Shown here: in pieces, positions 62,703 through 64,000 of the stretch | How positions within the stretch are numbered: position 1 is the stretch's first letter | How the letters are laid out: every line of letters begins with the position of its first letter | Source: an uncultured archaeon | GTDB lineage: Archaea > Iainarchaeota > Iainarchaeia > Iainarchaeales > CAZILS01 | Assembly: GCA_964540145.1 (NCBI GenBank) | Contig: CAZILS010000004.1 | Coordinates: 605-64,604, forward strand | Direction of reading: 5' to 3' | DNA: 64,000 nucleotides | Notes under the pieces: generated by a model | The model's database searches: none | What the model was told of the DNA's origin: nothing | What the model saw: the letters and a program-made list of their open reading frames with translations, nothing else | Translations under genes and position numbers: made by a program

Positions 62703-64000
62703 ATGGCTGAAAAACCAGGTTTTCCCGGATTTTTCTCAAAAAGCATAACCGGAAAGGTTTTCTTCGGCCTCCTCATCGTCATAATCCTAACCCTGTCGAT
62801 TACGGCAGTTTATATCCTTGGGATAACCTATGTTTCCGGGCAGTTCATGGAATTAAAGGACACGTCTGTCCCCCTGATATCCTCGATAACCGAGACCGAG
62901 GCGCTTTCGAAAGAGGCCCAGTCAAATGCCGTGCTTTACATCTACGCCGGCCTGGATAAGGGCGCTGTTGAAACATCGATACTTAACCTTGAAAACAAGG
63001 CATTGGAACATTTTTCATATATAGGCAGGGCAACCCTTGCCGAAAAGGAGGTTGCGGGAGAGCTTACCGAAAACATAAAACTTATGGGCAATAAGATAGA
63101 GGAGATTGTTGAACTGAAAGAGGCGGGTGCTTCGCAGGCGGAACTCGGGGACAAGTACCTTCTTGAGGTGATGCCGCTCTCATCCAAAATCGACCAAAGA
63201 ATCCTTTACCTTAAGGATGCCTATTCGGAAGGCATGTCCAAGGCGGGGATTTCAATAGCCATGAGCCTTGGCGCGGTGCTGGCATGGCTTTTCTTTTCAA
63301 CCCTGCTAATAATTGCGGGTTTCATATTCTTCGCAAGGGCTGTCTCAAACCTCTTCGCAAAGCCGATACAGGACCTCACCAACGCAACAAGGGAGATGCA
63401 GACGGGCAACTTCTCCCAGAGAGTAGACATAAAGACAGGGGATGAGCTTGAGGAACTCGGAAATGCGCTTAACACGGCAATCGCGGTCCTCGCAGATACC
63501 GACCGCGAGAGGAAACAATTGGATGTCGCAAAGACGGAATTCCTAAGCATAACCTCCCACGAGCTCAGAAGCCCCATGACTCCCATGAAGGCGCAGCTCC
63601 AGATGCTTAGGGAAGGCTACTTCGGCAGGCTTTCCGAAAAGCAGAAGGAAAGCCTGAACATAGTCTTGAGGAATGCGGACAGGCTCGACAAGATAATAGC
63701 GGACTTTTTGGAGATATCGAGGATTGAGGCGGCAAGGCTTAAGTTCTCATTCAAGAGGATGAACCCTGAGAAAACAATCATTGAGACTGCGGAGTATATG
63801 GAAAACTACATGCCCGAAAAGAAAATAACCATAAGCACACGGGTCGGCAGGCTCCCGGAGATTGAGGTTGACCCCGACAGGATAAGCCAGGTATTGAGGA
63901 ACCTGATTAACAACGCCATAAAGTTTTCCAAGGATGGCGGAAGGATTGACGTTGCAGCGGAGACAATGAAGGACCACATCCTTGTGAGGGTCAGGGATTA
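62703..64000 (+). CDS. Sensor histidine kinase (TM, HAMP, HisKA, HATPase_c), 3' end beyond window
   Basis: Manual translation is open from the ATG at 62703 to the window end. It has two TM segments, an H-box SITSHELRSPMTPM and an N-box NLINNAIKFS. It is not in the ORF track because no stop lies in the window. Confidence 0.8.
   Translation, partial: MAEKPGFPGFFSKSITGKVFFGLLIVIILTLSITAVYILGITYVSGQFMELKDTSVPLISSITETEALSKEAQSNAVLYIYAGLDKGAVETSILNLENKALEHFSYIGRATLAEKEVAGELTENIKLMGNKIEEIVELKEAGASQAELGDKYLLEVMPLSSKIDQRILYLKDAYSEGMSKAGISIAMSLGAVLAWLFFSTLLIIAGFIFFARAVSNLFAKPIQDLTNATREMQTGNFSQRVDIKTGDELEELGNALNTAIAVLADTDRERKQLDVAKTEFLSITSHELRSPMTPMKAQLQMLREGYFGRLSEKQKESLNIVLRNADRLDKIIADFLEISRIEAARLKFSFKRMNPEKTIIETAEYMENYMPEKKITISTRVGRLPEIEVDPDRISQVLRNLINNAIKFSKDGGRIDVAAETMKDHILVRVRD

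Noticed and set aside
1-64000. CRISPR arrays, rRNA genes, integrases or transposases
   Set aside because: No regularly spaced short repeats with unique spacers, no rRNA-like stretches and no recombinase-like ORFs were seen. The repeats present are tandem or direct duplications described above.

Overview
This window is a densely coded archaeal chromosomal segment. The archaeal calls rest on a thermosome, Alba, a histone-fold protein, deoxyhypusine synthase, Sec61-beta, archaeal-type tRNAs and class-III-signal (Q+1/E+5) pilins. A tRNA-Ile with a UAU anticodon suggests a Nanoarchaeota/DPANN-like lineage, but lineage is inference only. Going left to right: (1) a sulfur-relay cluster with DsrH/TusB (partial), DsrE, DsrF-like, YeeE/YedE, TusA, a thioredoxin lipoprotein, a GcvH-like lipoyl carrier and a Trx-Trx-CcdA fusion, which contains a 278-bp exact internal duplication; (2) housekeeping genes: a PK-like TIM barrel lacking lid and allosteric domains, MarC, a second Trx-CcdA fusion, Ham1, tRNA-Leu(UAG), CorC, tRNA-Val(CAC), membrane proteins and a HerA/DUF87 ATPase; (3) a 350-bp structured repeat region and small regulators, one with an operator-like GTATCATGA array; (4) a GC-rich island carrying a TauE/SafE-type permease; (5) Alba, Sec61-beta, deoxyhypusine synthase, beta-carbonic anhydrase, IleRS next to tRNA-Ile(UAU), thermosome, histone-fold protein and an ECF transporter; (6) a 1.7-kb cassette encoding an AbiEi/AbiEii-like (wHTH + DUF1814 nucleotidyltransferase) pair bounded by perfect 58-bp direct repeats and preceded by 100-bp tandem repeats; (7) an SPFH protein and an ABC-2 transporter with an ArsR-type regulator; (8) a large type IV pilus-like locus: three KGQ-type pilins (two in an identical 620-bp tandem duplication), FlaJ/TadC-like proteins, a FlaI/TadA-like ATPase, minor pilins, a 658-aa pilin-like protein with about 17 tandem cysteine-rich repeats (five Cys per roughly 29 aa) and an 805-aa pilin-like adhesin; (9) an adjacent signalling cluster of a KaiC-like ATPase with a roughly 300-aa Lys-rich N-terminus, two Walker-A-less KaiC-like paralogs, two CheY-like receivers and a HAMP histidine kinase. 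Both tRNA-Leu and tRNA-Ile are followed by a second copy of their 3'-terminal roughly 21 nt, each preceded by a perfect 9-bp hairpin and followed by a palindrome; this shared architecture is unexplained.
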